Shown here: positions 10,801 through 20,165 of the stretch, piece by piece
How positions within the stretch are numbered: position 1 is the stretch's first letter
Layout: the number at the start of each line of letters is the position of its first letter
DNA from: a virus
Taxonomy: Duplodnaviria > Caudoviricetes
Virus record (IMG/VR): IMGVR_UViG_3300030330_005471
Length of the DNA stretch: 64,000 nt
Direction: 5' to 3' (one strand)
Made by a program: the position numbers and the translations under genes
The notes under the pieces: model-generated
The model's input: only the letters and a program-made list of their open reading frames with translations
Database searches by the model: none
Told to the model about the DNA's origin: nothing

Positions 10801-10956
10801 CAAGAACATATGGAGGGTTTTATTAGACTTTTGGAGATGATTAAAACAAAATTCAAAACTATTCTTTTAATATCGCATTTAGATGTTCTCAAAGATTGTG
10901 TTGATACGACAATCGATATCCAAAAGCACAATGGTTATGCCAAGGTGAATGTTTGA
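7813..10956 (+). CDS. fused Mre11/SbcD nuclease - Rad50/SbcC ATPase (T4 gp47+gp46-like)
   Basis: Start moved to ATG 7813 after GGAGG. Phosphoesterase motifs ADTH, GDLAH, GNHD, GDIH; Walker A GRNYSGKS; coiled coil with CRFC zinc hook; Walker B FIMDE; ISH switch. Confidence 0.9.
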   Translation: MTYKIAHFADTHIRNLKYHEEYRFVFKQMYQKLRDQKVDMIVHCGDLAHTKTQLSPEYFALAAEFLKNLADIAPTYIILGNHDGNLKNSGREDAITPIVEALEHPSLHLLKDSGNHRVDAGLSFNVLSIFDRENWEEPDTNGINIALYHGAVMGSTTGTGWAMEHGDDDVSVFKGHDFAMLGDIHKPQILDTEGRVQYAGSTVQQNFSEGTRKGYKLWHIDSKDKFNVQHVTFVSPRPFMTIDLDKSGNVPEHYHIPRGARLRLISRTNLPSTKIRQVTDLARSKYNPTSVTFVDKSTSEFTSSLGETQKMENLRDLSVQERWIREYLKEYELDEEIMQEVLDLNSKYNKEAEKNEEVRRNVTWNIKEMRFENLFNYGSGNNVDFTKLSGIVGIFGRNYSGKSSVIDSALYGLFNTTSKGERKNVHIVNQNKSNASIRMVVEADGQEYQISRNLNKSSKTVKGKSVISASGDLDFHNLTTDSSCNGDSVKDSDKNIRKVFGSIDDFMITSMASQMDSLSFIKEGSTKRKEILAKFLDLEIFDQKFKLAKKDSADINALIKRFKNKELGKQLTIKQETIEEIHDDIDKQTDLCKKHTSRYEELAAEFAKINEEISSIPTEIVDIHEIEDAIAQRYDDITSAEKTTVLYKATIEKNREIANELLTHISSLSHERLEALEQSWKDYNKKYVENEQELSTLAIKKKNTMKKIRMLDNHEYDPDCRFCSDNKFVKDANKAKEALPSIQEEINTLTSTNEELLEKMNFLDIDSIRADLQKHEKLTNRKNTLLSEAKNLEIKAESLSSKVSLYKNELASLKEKQEEYEANKNAIENLSSLVRSAQAVEIKMLDAKQRKERCDKKIQDYLVELGSVKHSIKTIRSEKAEQDALEGEWIAYDLFMRCMHANGIAYEVIKQKLPVINEEIQKCLSTIVDFEINFEEHGRNLDINIKHPNYESRPISMGSGAEKTIAAMAIRLALIEITNLPKSTLFIMDEPATALDQEHMEGFIRLLEMIKTKFKTILLISHLDVLKDCVDTTIDIQKHNGYAKVNV

Positions 10957-10967
10957 GAGGGTAGGAT

Positions 10968-11291
10968 GTGGATAAAGAAAGATTCCTAAAACAAATAGAG
11001 GAATATATGATGGAACAAAGAGATAAATTAGAAAATGCTAAAGAAGAGATTCAAGAGGCAGTTGTAGAACTTGATCTTAAAAAGAAACTTTATTTAGAAA
11101 ATCCAAAAAAAGGAGTGCTTGATGCTGTTCAAGAAAAGATGGTTTCTAGAAAGCTTCTTGTTTTTATTAGTGCAACAGCACTTTTAGCATCCGCACAGTT
11201 AGACCCTGATACTTGGGGAATGATTGCGATGATGTATATTGGCGGACAAACTGCTGTTGACTTTGCAAAGATGTGGAGACATGGATCGTGA
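10968..11291 (+). CDS. putative holin-like membrane protein
   Basis: C-terminal SRKLLVF...WGMIAMMYIGGQ with two hydrophobic segments; start may be ATG 11007. Confidence 0.45.
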   Translation: MDKERFLKQIEEYMMEQRDKLENAKEEIQEAVVELDLKKKLYLENPKKGVLDAVQEKMVSRKLLVFISATALLASAQLDPDTWGMIAMMYIGGQTAVDFAKMWRHGS

Positions 11292-11602
11292 AACTAACAA
11301 CAGAACTTTTAGAAGAAATGGTTGTGGTTGTTATGGAAAGCAACAAGGTTGATCCCTCAAAGGTGCTTACGTTTCACAATCAAATGTCAAGTATAATGGG
11401 CAGTGGGAATTGGCTATTCAAACCTGTCGTTTATACAGATACAGGAACAGGTAGAAAGGATGAAGAAGCCAATCTTATCGCTGACCTTAATGCAATGGCA
11501 ATAGAAGCTGGAAAAGGCAACCAAGAAAAGGCAAATGAATATGTTAGCACAATCTTGCCTTTTATAAAAGATGAAGAATACTTTTACACTATGATAGGAT
11601 AA
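11288..11602 (+). CDS. hypothetical protein with MKLTTELLEEMV leader
   Basis: GTG start overlapping previous stop, GGAG upstream; leader resembles the MKITxEQL family. Confidence 0.55.
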   Translation: MKLTTELLEEMVVVVMESNKVDPSKVLTFHNQMSSIMGSGNWLFKPVVYTDTGTGRKDEEANLIADLNAMAIEAGKGNQEKANEYVSTILPFIKDEEYFYTMIG

Positions 11603-11606
11603 ATAA

Positions 11607-11942
11607 ATGCTTTGGTTAAATAAAACAAAAAACTGGATAAAGGCTCATTGGAACTGGTTAGCTCTTCTGACTCTTGCAGCCATTGCCTACTTTTTAGGAA
11701 GAAAAGATTCAGCAAACTTGTTGGCTCATGCAAAGATTGCCAAAGAACAGTATAAAAAAGATGCTGAAGAAGTGGAGAAGGCTGTGCAAGAAAAAGACAA
11801 GCGAGATAAAAAGATCGATAATAGAAAAGAAGAAATCAAAAAAGCATTGATCGAAGAAAGAGAAAGAAAGTTAAAACTTGTTGCTGAAGAGAAAGTAGAT
11901 GCCGACGAGGTGTTTCAAGATTTGGGGATTAAAAAGAAATGA
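11607..11942 (+). CDS. membrane-anchored coiled-coil protein (spanin-like candidate)
   Basis: One N-terminal TM segment then charged coiled coil; near holin-like gene. Confidence 0.35.
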   Translation: MLWLNKTKNWIKAHWNWLALLTLAAIAYFLGRKDSANLLAHAKIAKEQYKKDAEEVEKAVQEKDKRDKKIDNRKEEIKKALIEERERKLKLVAEEKVDADEVFQDLGIKKK

Positions 11943-12334
11943 TTTTACTATTATTGTCATCGTTAGCTTGGGGAAGCCTTCCCGAGTATACATACATAGA
12001 AGCAGGAGAGCCAGCACCATTTTCAGGAAGGCTGTTCAATGATGCAGCTGCTGATATTCTAGCTGAGCAGATTGAAATGGGCCCTAAAGAGTGTCAAATA
12101 AACTTAGAATACCAGCTCGGAGTTCAACAAGCAGAACACCGTCAAGCAATTGAAAAACTAAAAAGTTCCCACAAGTTCGATATTCAAATCCTTGAAGCAG
12201 AAGTCAAAGCAAAAGAGACAAGAATAGAGTCTTTGGAAGAACTGAAAACTCCACCAAAAAAGAAACTTTGGTTTTCTTTGGGACTAATTACTGGAGTAGG
12301 AACTACAATAGCGATAGCAAATGCGGTAAACTAA
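11939..12334 (+). CDS. exported coiled-coil protein with C-terminal TM (spanin-like candidate)
   Basis: Signal peptide MILLLLSSLAWG, coiled coil, C-terminal hydrophobic segment; overlaps previous gene. Confidence 0.35.
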   Translation: MILLLLSSLAWGSLPEYTYIEAGEPAPFSGRLFNDAAADILAEQIEMGPKECQINLEYQLGVQQAEHRQAIEKLKSSHKFDIQILEAEVKAKETRIESLEELKTPPKKKLWFSLGLITGVGTTIAIANAVN

Positions 12335-12335
12335 C

Positions 12336-12995
12336 ATGAAAGTAAAAATAGTAAAAGAACAAGCCCGTGTGCATAGAACTCTTTTTGTTTTTGATTTTGA
12401 TGATACACTCGCCCACACAGATTCTGTGGTTGTGCTACAAAGAGACAATCAAGCGATAGAATTAGATTCTGGTGCGTTTGCTTCATACGAACACCAACCC
12501 GGCGATCAACTTGATTTTTCAGACTTTGGTCGAGTCGAAGGGAGTTTAATAGCAAATACACTAGCAATACTTAGCGACATACAAAATAAAGACAAGGATG
12601 CTGTGATTATAACGGCACGACCACCACAGGCAATTGAAGGAATACAAAAGTTTTTTGCCGATAACAACATGTCATCTCCTCCAATATATGCAACAGCAGG
12701 TTCTGCGAACAAACCACAGGTCATGAAAGAACTGCTAAAAACCAATAGATATAGCCATGTTGTTGTTTATGAAGACTGTATGGACAATATTCAAGTTTTA
12801 GGCGATGCTGTAAGAAGCATGGGTGTTTCGTATAGTGCATTGTGTATCAATAAAGACACCACAATACAAAAAATTTATCAAGAAAGCAATATCAAATTAA
12901 CAAAACAACAGCTAACAAAGATAATCAGAGAGGAGCTTAAAGTAATTTTAAATGAGGTAAACTATGAAAAAGAAAGATCCAAACTATGCTGTTAA
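12336..12995 (+). CDS. HAD-superfamily phosphatase
   Basis: Motif I FDFDDTL, motif II IITAR, motif IV YED; C-terminal IKLTKQQLTKIIREEL leader-like segment. Confidence 0.75.
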   Translation: MKVKIVKEQARVHRTLFVFDFDDTLAHTDSVVVLQRDNQAIELDSGAFASYEHQPGDQLDFSDFGRVEGSLIANTLAILSDIQNKDKDAVIITARPPQAIEGIQKFFADNNMSSPPIYATAGSANKPQVMKELLKTNRYSHVVVYEDCMDNIQVLGDAVRSMGVSYSALCINKDTTIQKIYQESNIKLTKQQLTKIIREELKVILNEVNYEKERSKLCC

Positions 12996-13338
12996 AGTCG
13001 AACAAGCAATAGTTAAAAAGTACGGTGAAGAAACAGTCCAGCACCCAAAGAACAATTGGACTGACGAAAAAGAACGAGAATACGTCAAACAATTGAAAGA
13101 CCTCTATAACAACAGAGGCGAGGAAGAACAAGAACACGTTGAAGTTAATGGAGTTTTTGTTTCAAATAAACTATTTACAAAAGAAACCAAGCGTTCTTGC
13201 CCGGTTTGTAATACATATTCTTTTAAATCTAATGATGATGTTTATATGTCAAAGTTTGATTGTTGTGAAAAATGTTACATTCAATGGGTCGAAGGTCGTG
13301 AGGATCGATGGCAAAAAGGATGGAGACCAAATGAGTAG
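12964..13338 (+). CDS. hypothetical Zn-binding protein
   Basis: GAGG RBS; CPVC...CCEKC motif. Confidence 0.6.
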   Translation: MKKKDPNYAVKVEQAIVKKYGEETVQHPKNNWTDEKEREYVKQLKDLYNNRGEEEQEHVEVNGVFVSNKLFTKETKRSCPVCNTYSFKSNDDVYMSKFDCCEKCYIQWVEGREDRWQKGWRPNE

Positions 13339-13870
13339 TACAACATTAGAAATTATACAAGGCCTTGCTCAAGCAGCAGCCAATGCTTATGATGGAGCAC
13401 ATGATGAACGTTATGTGAGACCTGACGAAGTTAAGAGCATGGGACTCAAAAGAGAAAATGGTTGTCCTTTGGTTGATTCTAGGGTTGTTGATGGATTTTC
13501 TGTTAAGTTCTATGGAAACAGATTGTGTTTATCTTACCAATCAGATGTTTTACTTAAAGATGTATATGCGAACAATTTTGCTGGGGATATTGATCGACAA
13601 ATGAATGAGATCAAAAAGTTCTTACAAAAAGAATATAAAAAGATCACTGGTAATTCTGTTACTCTTACAAAAGACGGAGAAGCAGATGTATTGGTTCAAT
13701 CAACTTCCAGAGTTCGCTCTTTCTGCAATGCCAAGCAGCATTATAAGATATCAGGCATCAAGGAGCTCCCACAGCTCGAACCGGCCATCGAAGATTCAAG
13801 AAAAATAACAAGAAAATTTTTAGATCAATTCTCCACTAAAAGACCAAAGAATGATACACGCAAGTCATAA
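13331..13870 (+). CDS. hypothetical protein
   Basis: Start moved to ATG 13331 after GGAG, overlapping previous stop. Confidence 0.6.
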   Translation: MSSTTLEIIQGLAQAAANAYDGAHDERYVRPDEVKSMGLKRENGCPLVDSRVVDGFSVKFYGNRLCLSYQSDVLLKDVYANNFAGDIDRQMNEIKKFLQKEYKKITGNSVTLTKDGEADVLVQSTSRVRSFCNAKQHYKISGIKELPQLEPAIEDSRKITRKFLDQFSTKRPKNDTRKS

Positions 13871-13872
13871 AA

Positions 13873-14088
13873 ATGAAAATCACAACAGAACAATTAAAAC
13901 AAATTATCAAAGAAGAAGTAGCCAAAACATTGCATGAAAGTGTATCTGATCGAGAGAGAGGGAAGGATGATGGTTTGGAAGATGCTCAAGCAACAGAGAT
14001 GGGAATGCAAGTCTATGGACCTTCAGATATTAACAATCAAGAATATATGAAAGGCTACTTGGAAGGCAATCCAAATTATCAACCATAG
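13873..14088 (+). CDS. small protein with MKITTEQLKQIIKEE leader
   Basis: Leader shared with 20119 and 20505 genes. Confidence 0.6.
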   Translation: MKITTEQLKQIIKEEVAKTLHESVSDRERGKDDGLEDAQATEMGMQVYGPSDINNQEYMKGYLEGNPNYQP

Positions 14089-14094
14089 GGGCAC

Positions 14095-15678
14095 ATGACT
14101 CTTAAATTATCAAAACAGGAAATAGTAAAAGAGATCGTTAAGTCGGGAAAAGATCCAATATATTTTATAAATAACTATTGTAGGATCTCACATCCTCTTA
14201 AAGGACTTATTCCTTTTAACACATATCCTTATCAGGACGATCTTGTAAAGGACTTTAACGATTACCGCTTTACAGTTATTCTTAAAGCAAGACAGTTGGG
14301 TATCTCCACGATCTCAGCTGCTTATGCTGTTTGGTTTATGTTGTTTCACAAAGAGAAAAACATTCTCGTAATGGCAACAAAGTTTACAACAGCCGCCAAC
14401 TTGGTTAAAAAAGTCAAGATGGTAATGAAGAATCTTCCACCTTGGATGCAGGTAGCAAAGATCACAATCGATAACAGAAACTCGTTTGAGCTCTCAAACG
14501 GTTCGACTATCAAAGCCGTCGGAACATCAGCAGATGCTGGTCGTTCGGAAGCACTATCTTTACTCATTATAGACGAGGCAGCACACGTTGAAGGACTCGA
14601 AGAGCTTTGGGCAGGTCTTTACCCCACTCTGTCAACAGGGGGTCGCTGTATTGCTTTGTCAACGCCTATGGGGGTTGGGAACTGGTTTCATAGAACTTAT
14701 GTTGATGCCGAGAATGGAGACAACGAGTTTCATCCTGTCTCATTGCCTTGGGATGTTCATCCTGAGCGTGACCGCAATTGGTTCGAGAAAGAAACAAAGA
14801 ACATGTCTCGAAGACAAATAGCACAAGAGCTTGAATGCAACTTTAACACTTCTGGTGAAACTGTAATACATCCTGACGATATTCACTGGTTAACGTCTTT
14901 GGTGTGTGAACCAGAATACAGAACAGGTTGGGATAGAAATATGTGGATATGGGAGAAACACCAAGAAGGTGTTCCCTATCTTTTAGTTGCCGACGTTGCA
15001 AGAGGTGATGGAGCTGATTCTTCTGTGTTTCATATTCTGAGAACAGACACAATGGAAGTTGTTGCTGAATATCAAGGAAAGCCAACACTAGACCACTTTG
15101 CCCGCGTTCTAAACGACGCAGGAAAAGAATATGGTAATTGCTTGCTTGTTGTTGAAAACATTGGCATTGGCATATCTGTTTGCGAAAAGCTAAGAGACCT
15201 TGAGTATCCAAACCTTTATTATTCAATAAAAGGAACACACGAATATGTTGACCCTATTACCGGAGAGTATAGCTCTAATGCTGTTATGGGTTTCACAACA
15301 TCGTCGAAAACAAGACCTTTGATTGTTGCAAAGCTGGAAGAATATATAAGAAATAAATTGGTGAAGCCAAAATCTCAAAGACTTATCTCAGAAACTAAAA
15401 CTTTTATCTGGAACAATGGAAAACCACAAGCCATGAGGTCTTATCATGACGATTTGATAATGTCTCTTGCTATAGCTTGTTGGGTCAGAGATACAGCCCT
15501 TGAGGTCTCGGAGAAAGAGGTATTGTATAAAAAAGCAATGGTCAATGCTATGTATTCAACAGGAAAAACTATTAACACAGCAATTCCGGGTATGAAAGAG
15601 TATAGTCAAGAGTTTGAAAAGAAATACGAAGAAGAGATAAAGACAGCAACAGAATTTGCTTGGATTTTCAAGGGATGA
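14095..15678 (+). CDS. terL: terminase large subunit (gp17-like)
   Basis: Walker A KARQLGIST, Walker B LLIIDEAA, STP coupling motif, nuclease ADVARG and DDLIMS; precedes portal. Confidence 0.93.
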   Translation: MTLKLSKQEIVKEIVKSGKDPIYFINNYCRISHPLKGLIPFNTYPYQDDLVKDFNDYRFTVILKARQLGISTISAAYAVWFMLFHKEKNILVMATKFTTAANLVKKVKMVMKNLPPWMQVAKITIDNRNSFELSNGSTIKAVGTSADAGRSEALSLLIIDEAAHVEGLEELWAGLYPTLSTGGRCIALSTPMGVGNWFHRTYVDAENGDNEFHPVSLPWDVHPERDRNWFEKETKNMSRRQIAQELECNFNTSGETVIHPDDIHWLTSLVCEPEYRTGWDRNMWIWEKHQEGVPYLLVADVARGDGADSSVFHILRTDTMEVVAEYQGKPTLDHFARVLNDAGKEYGNCLLVVENIGIGISVCEKLRDLEYPNLYYSIKGTHEYVDPITGEYSSNAVMGFTTSSKTRPLIVAKLEEYIRNKLVKPKSQRLISETKTFIWNNGKPQAMRSYHDDLIMSLAIACWVRDTALEVSEKEVLYKKAMVNAMYSTGKTINTAIPGMKEYSQEFEKKYEEEIKTATEFAWIFKG

Positions 15679-15679
15679 C

Positions 15680-15719
15680 TTGACAAACCCTATACTTTAT
15701 GGTATAATATAACTATTTA
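15680..15719 (+). promoter_or_regulatory. sigma70 promoter plus adjacent CTATTTA late-type motif
   Basis: TTGACA-17nt-TATAAT (15680-15708), then CTATTTA 15713-15719. Confidence 0.7.
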
Positions 15720-15737
15720 TTACGAAAAGGAATAGCT

Positions 15738-17648
15738 ATGGCAAAATATAATAAAAAGTCGCCTTACAATCCACAGTCGGATTTGTTCAAGGCACTCACA
15801 AGACTTTTCTCTGGACCGATTACTCAAAGAAGAACACAAACCGGTCGAGCACTCAGAAGAAGAGACTTGGACATGTATGCAAAACGTTTTCGTTCGGCAT
15901 CGGGTCAACAGTTTAAAAAATGGGAGTACAACCCTATTAACAACCTCACACTTAACATGGTCTCCAATCGTAACCGTGCTGAGAGATATGTTGATTTTGA
16001 TGAAATGGAGTACGTTCCTGAGATTGCCTCTTCTTTAGATATATACGCCGATGAAATGACAACACACACTGATATTCGTGAAATGCTTCGAATAAAGTGT
16101 GCAAACGAAGAAATAAAACACATCCTTCACAATCTTTATCATAATGTTTTAAACATTGAACACAATTTGTTTGGATGGTGTCGTACGATGTGTAAGTACG
16201 GGGATTTCTTTTTATATCTTGATATTGATGAACAACTAGGAATCAGAGCAGCTATTGGTCTTCCTCCAAGAGAGATTGAAAGACTTGAAGGAGAAGACGA
16301 GACCAATCCAAATTATGTACAATACCAATGGAACTCTGCTGCTTTAACACTTGAAAACTGGCAGGTTGCTCACTTTCGTGTACTTGGTAATGATAAGCAT
16401 GCACCATATGGAACTTCTGTTCTTGAGCCGGCTCGACGCATCTATCGACAACTTATTCTTTTAGAAGACGCAATGATGGCTTATCGCATTGTTAGAGCAC
16501 CGGAACGCCGTGTATTCAAAATTGATGTTGGTGGTATTCCTCCACAAGAGGTTGAACAGTACATGCAAAAGGTTATGACCCAAATGAAGCGTCATCAAGT
16601 TGTTGATCCAAAGACAGGACGAGTTGATCTTCGCTACAATCCGATGTCAATTGAGGAAGATTATTATATTCCAATTCGTGGCGGAACATCCAGCACAGAC
16701 ATCTCTTCACTTCCGGGTGCCCAATTTAATGGCGGTATTGACGACGTCAAGTATCTTCGAGACAAATTATTTTCAGCTCTCAAGATACCACAGTCATACC
16801 TTACCATGGGAGAAGGAGCAACAGAAGACAAGACAACCCTCGCCCAAAAAGATATCAGGTTTGCAAGAACCATTCAGAGACTACAGCGTGTAGCTATAGC
16901 TGAATTGGAAAAGATAGGTATCATTCACTTGTATACTCTCGGATATAGACAAGACGATTTATTATCATTTAAACTTAAACTAAATAATCCTTCAAAGATT
17001 GCTGAGCTACAAGAGCTTGAACATTGGAAACAAAAGTTTGATATCGCAGGAGCTGCAACTGAAGGTTATTTCTCAAAACGATGGATTGCTGAGAATCTTC
17101 TCGGAATGTCTGAGGATGAGTTTCTTCGCAACCAACGAGAAATGTTCTTCGATAAGAAGTATTCCGCCAAACTTGAAGCTGCCACCGCAGGTGGAGAAGC
17201 GGCTGAAGGAGAAGGTGGAGGCGGCGGACTTGCCGGTGGTCTTGGAGACCTCGGTGGAGCCGAAGGTGACCTCGGTGGTGACCTTGATCTCGGAGGGGAA
17301 GGCGAGGACATTGCTGGGGAAACCGGCGGTGACGAAGGGGGTGATACTGATCTCCTCGCTGAACCTCCACCCGCTAAACGAGATGACTTTAAATTTGTCG
17401 AGCCTCCCGCTCTTTTCAAGAAGAGCAAGAAAGGTGGCATAACAAAACACCTTAGAAACACTGCTAAAGGCGGAGAACATGGAACAACAAAGAGAACTGC
17501 ATTTCCGGGCGGATATGGCTACGGAAGTTTAAATTCAATGCACGAACAGATGAATCAAGACGAAGACAAGTTGTTTGCTGTCTCTCGTGATATTGAAGTC
17601 TTACTAGAAGGTTTATTCAACAAGGAGAAACAAGATGAAACACAATAA
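15738..17648 (+). CDS. portal protein (gp20-like)
   Basis: LEDAMMAYRIVRAPERRVFKIDVG, EDYYIP, DDVKY, LKIP motifs; Gly/acidic low-complexity tail. Confidence 0.93.
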   Translation: MAKYNKKSPYNPQSDLFKALTRLFSGPITQRRTQTGRALRRRDLDMYAKRFRSASGQQFKKWEYNPINNLTLNMVSNRNRAERYVDFDEMEYVPEIASSLDIYADEMTTHTDIREMLRIKCANEEIKHILHNLYHNVLNIEHNLFGWCRTMCKYGDFFLYLDIDEQLGIRAAIGLPPREIERLEGEDETNPNYVQYQWNSAALTLENWQVAHFRVLGNDKHAPYGTSVLEPARRIYRQLILLEDAMMAYRIVRAPERRVFKIDVGGIPPQEVEQYMQKVMTQMKRHQVVDPKTGRVDLRYNPMSIEEDYYIPIRGGTSSTDISSLPGAQFNGGIDDVKYLRDKLFSALKIPQSYLTMGEGATEDKTTLAQKDIRFARTIQRLQRVAIAELEKIGIIHLYTLGYRQDDLLSFKLKLNNPSKIAELQELEHWKQKFDIAGAATEGYFSKRWIAENLLGMSEDEFLRNQREMFFDKKYSAKLEAATAGGEAAEGEGGGGGLAGGLGDLGGAEGDLGGDLDLGGEGEDIAGETGGDEGGDTDLLAEPPPAKRDDFKFVEPPALFKKSKKGGITKHLRNTAKGGEHGTTKRTAFPGGYGYGSLNSMHEQMNQDEDKLFAVSRDIEVLLEGLFNKEKQDETQ

Positions 17649-18444
17649 GAAAAGAAATACCGCTTTTCTTTACGAATGTCTTATAAAAGAAATGACAAAG
17701 GCAATCGTACGAAAGGACGAGACCACAAAGCAAACAGTGGTTGAGATTCTAAAGAACAACTTCTCAAAAGGATCTCCGTTATACAACGACTTGCAACAAT
17801 ATAAACAATTGCTCGAGACTCAAAATCTTTCCGAAGAATTTGCAACACGTTTCATAACAGAAGTTAAAAACGATTGGAGTGAACTAGACAGGAAGGAAAT
17901 ATTCAATTGCCAGACTCAACTTATTAAACAAATAAACGAAACAGTCTCTTCAAACGTATTTAGTAACTTTGTTCCAAACTACAAAAACATAGCCACAGTT
18001 GGCTCATATTTCTATTCTAAAGGCTCTAAACCAAAAGTTAGACTGTTGATAGAGGATAGAGTAAAGACGCTTGTTATTTCACAAGCTAGAGCCTCTAAAG
18101 AGGAAGAAATGAAACCATTGGATAGTCTCACATATAAAACTTTTATCAATAAGTTCAATGAAACATACCAACATACTTTAAGAGATGAACAAAGAGGTTT
18201 ATTAACAAATTATATCACATCCTTTTCCGACAATGGCTTGGGTTTAAAATCGTTTATGAATGAAGAGATTGGTAGATTGAAGAGCGAAATACAAACGCTA
18301 GCTGAGACTAGTTACGGAGACAAGCTCCTCAAGGTAAAAGAAAAGCTTGAAGACTTTTCAAAACAGCCAATAAGTGAAGCCATGGTTAAGGATGTATTTT
18401 ATATTCAAGATTTAATTGCGGAGATCAATAAAAATGAAAGTTAA
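17635..18444 (+). CDS. hypothetical head-module protein
   Basis: AGGAG RBS, coupled to portal, helical. Confidence 0.6.
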   Translation: MKHNKKRNTAFLYECLIKEMTKAIVRKDETTKQTVVEILKNNFSKGSPLYNDLQQYKQLLETQNLSEEFATRFITEVKNDWSELDRKEIFNCQTQLIKQINETVSSNVFSNFVPNYKNIATVGSYFYSKGSKPKVRLLIEDRVKTLVISQARASKEEEMKPLDSLTYKTFINKFNETYQHTLRDEQRGLLTNYITSFSDNGLGLKSFMNEEIGRLKSEIQTLAETSYGDKLLKVKEKLEDFSKQPISEAMVKDVFYIQDLIAEINKNES

Positions 18445-19036
18445 CATATTACCACCTCAAGATATTGTAACCGTTGATCCTTTTGAAACAGTTAAGGTAA
18501 ATATCAAACCAACCATAAGCGTTGAGATCAAAGACTCAAACAAAAAACGCATTGATTTTGAAATGAACATGCGTAAAGCTTTGAATGGAGATCTGATGAT
18601 CTTTGATCATAAAGATATTGATATCATCGTAATGACAGAAAAGAAGAAAATTGTTGCATTTGCAAAGGACTTGATGTCTGAAGTTGTTTACGGAGCAGAG
18701 TCAAGACTTATGGAACATCTTCGACGTTCTGGAGTTATTGAATACGATTCTATTCAAGGCGGCAATGTATATGGTTCTTTGGAAGGAAAGTTGCACGATT
18801 CAACAGAAAGAGATTCTGTTAAGGTAGCTGTCTATCAAATTTCTGAATGGATGAAGGACGAGCTTCCTTATATTGAAGCAACAAAAGGTCACGATGAAAA
18901 TATGGAAGACGCTATACTTGATCCTAATGATAAGGACTCAACGGAGCTCGGCGAAGTTCCACATGCAGAAGAGAAAGGCTCTATTCGAGACCACAACATG
19001 TTTGCACCATATCTATACGGGAGGTACACTTACTAA
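18434..19036 (+). CDS. hypothetical head-module protein
   Basis: Start moved to ATG 18434 after GGAG. Confidence 0.6.
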   Translation: MKVNILPPQDIVTVDPFETVKVNIKPTISVEIKDSNKKRIDFEMNMRKALNGDLMIFDHKDIDIIVMTEKKKIVAFAKDLMSEVVYGAESRLMEHLRRSGVIEYDSIQGGNVYGSLEGKLHDSTERDSVKVAVYQISEWMKDELPYIEATKGHDENMEDAILDPNDKDSTELGEVPHAEEKGSIRDHNMFAPYLYGRYTY

Positions 19037-19749
19037 TGAAACTTATAATGGAAAACTGGAAGAGATTCCTTAAAGAAAGCGAAATGTATGATTATGAACC
19101 AGAAAAGTTTGGTCCATTATCTGTCTATCATGCTGACGCCGGTGAGTATGGACAAATTGTATTATATCATATGATGCCAAAGATTGGAGACAACCTTATA
19201 TACCTTGTCGGAACTCTGACATATGATTTGACTATGGAGCCTTGTGTACCAGAAACTTTTCAAGTATCAGCCGTATATGTTGAAAAGCTAGCTCGTGGAA
19301 ACAAGTATGCAAAACTAATGTATGATTTGGCTTTTTACATTGTTGGAGAAAAAGGCGCTGGTTTAACTTCCGATCACATGGTTGGTACAACCAAGATAGC
19401 AAAAGATAAGGCTTGGAACTATATCAACTCAGCAGAGAGCGAGTACAATAAAAGAAAAACCGATCAGGGAAATGCAAAATTCGATTACAATAACAGCACA
19501 CCAGATGATCCAAATGATGATTGCGATAGCGGTTTAGAAGGTAAAGAGATGGCAACAGATTATTCATATTCTATGGTTAACACCTCGGAGCCTGCTGCTA
19601 AGTACAAAATGTTAATTAGAAATCATCTTTTAAATATCAGATATCTTCGCGGTGGCAAGAACATGATGTGGTTAGAGAAGGAACTTACAAACAGAGCAGA
19701 TGAAGGCTTCAACAGAGCTCATCTCGAACAAACTTCTATAGAGGACTGA
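19036..19749 (+). CDS. GNAT-like protein with MKLIMENWKRFLKE leader
   Basis: VSAVYVEKLARGNKYAKLMY resembles the GNAT acetyl-CoA-binding motif A. Confidence 0.45.
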   Translation: MKLIMENWKRFLKESEMYDYEPEKFGPLSVYHADAGEYGQIVLYHMMPKIGDNLIYLVGTLTYDLTMEPCVPETFQVSAVYVEKLARGNKYAKLMYDLAFYIVGEKGAGLTSDHMVGTTKIAKDKAWNYINSAESEYNKRKTDQGNAKFDYNNSTPDDPNDDCDSGLEGKEMATDYSYSMVNTSEPAAKYKMLIRNHLLNIRYLRGGKNMMWLEKELTNRADEGFNRAHLEQTSIED

Positions 19750-19777
19750 TGTGACTTTTATTTACATGGAGATGAAA

Positions 19778-20119
19778 ATGGATTTGATATATTTTATTTT
19801 AACAGCCTATGGCTTGACTCAAATCTTGGTTTATTCCAAGATATTTGAAAAAATAAGGCCGGCTCGAGATCAATATGGGCTTATAGGTTATATGGCCAAC
19901 TGTTCAATGTGTATGGGTTTTTGGGTTGGTGTGTTTTTATTTTTAATTAACGGCTTTACAGAACTATTTACATTTGATTATAATGTAATAAATGCTTTTA
20001 TTTGTGGATGCGTTTCTGCTGGTACGTCTTATCTGATTTCAATGTTGGTAGATGACAGTGGTTTTAGAGGCCCACAGAAAGAGGTTAATTGTAACTGTTC
20101 ACAAAGGAGTAAACTATAA
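19778..20119 (+). CDS. small membrane protein (DUF1360-like)
   Basis: Three hydrophobic segments with CSMCMGFW motif. Confidence 0.6.
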   Translation: MDLIYFILTAYGLTQILVYSKIFEKIRPARDQYGLIGYMANCSMCMGFWVGVFLFLINGFTELFTFDYNVINAFICGCVSAGTSYLISMLVDDSGFRGPQKEVNCNCSQRSKL

Positions 20120-20165
20120 TGAAAATTACAAACGAACAATTAAGACAAATTATAAAAGAAGAACT
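20114..20165 (+). repeat. 52-bp exact direct repeat, copy 1 (leader-encoding)
   Basis: ctataatgaaaattacaaacgaacaattaagacaaattataaaagaagaact, identical to 20500-20551. Confidence 0.95.

Noticed and set aside
16975-17480. Several overlapping alternative-frame ORFs and locally high GC
   Set aside because: Explained by the Gly/Asp/Glu low-complexity tail of the portal protein
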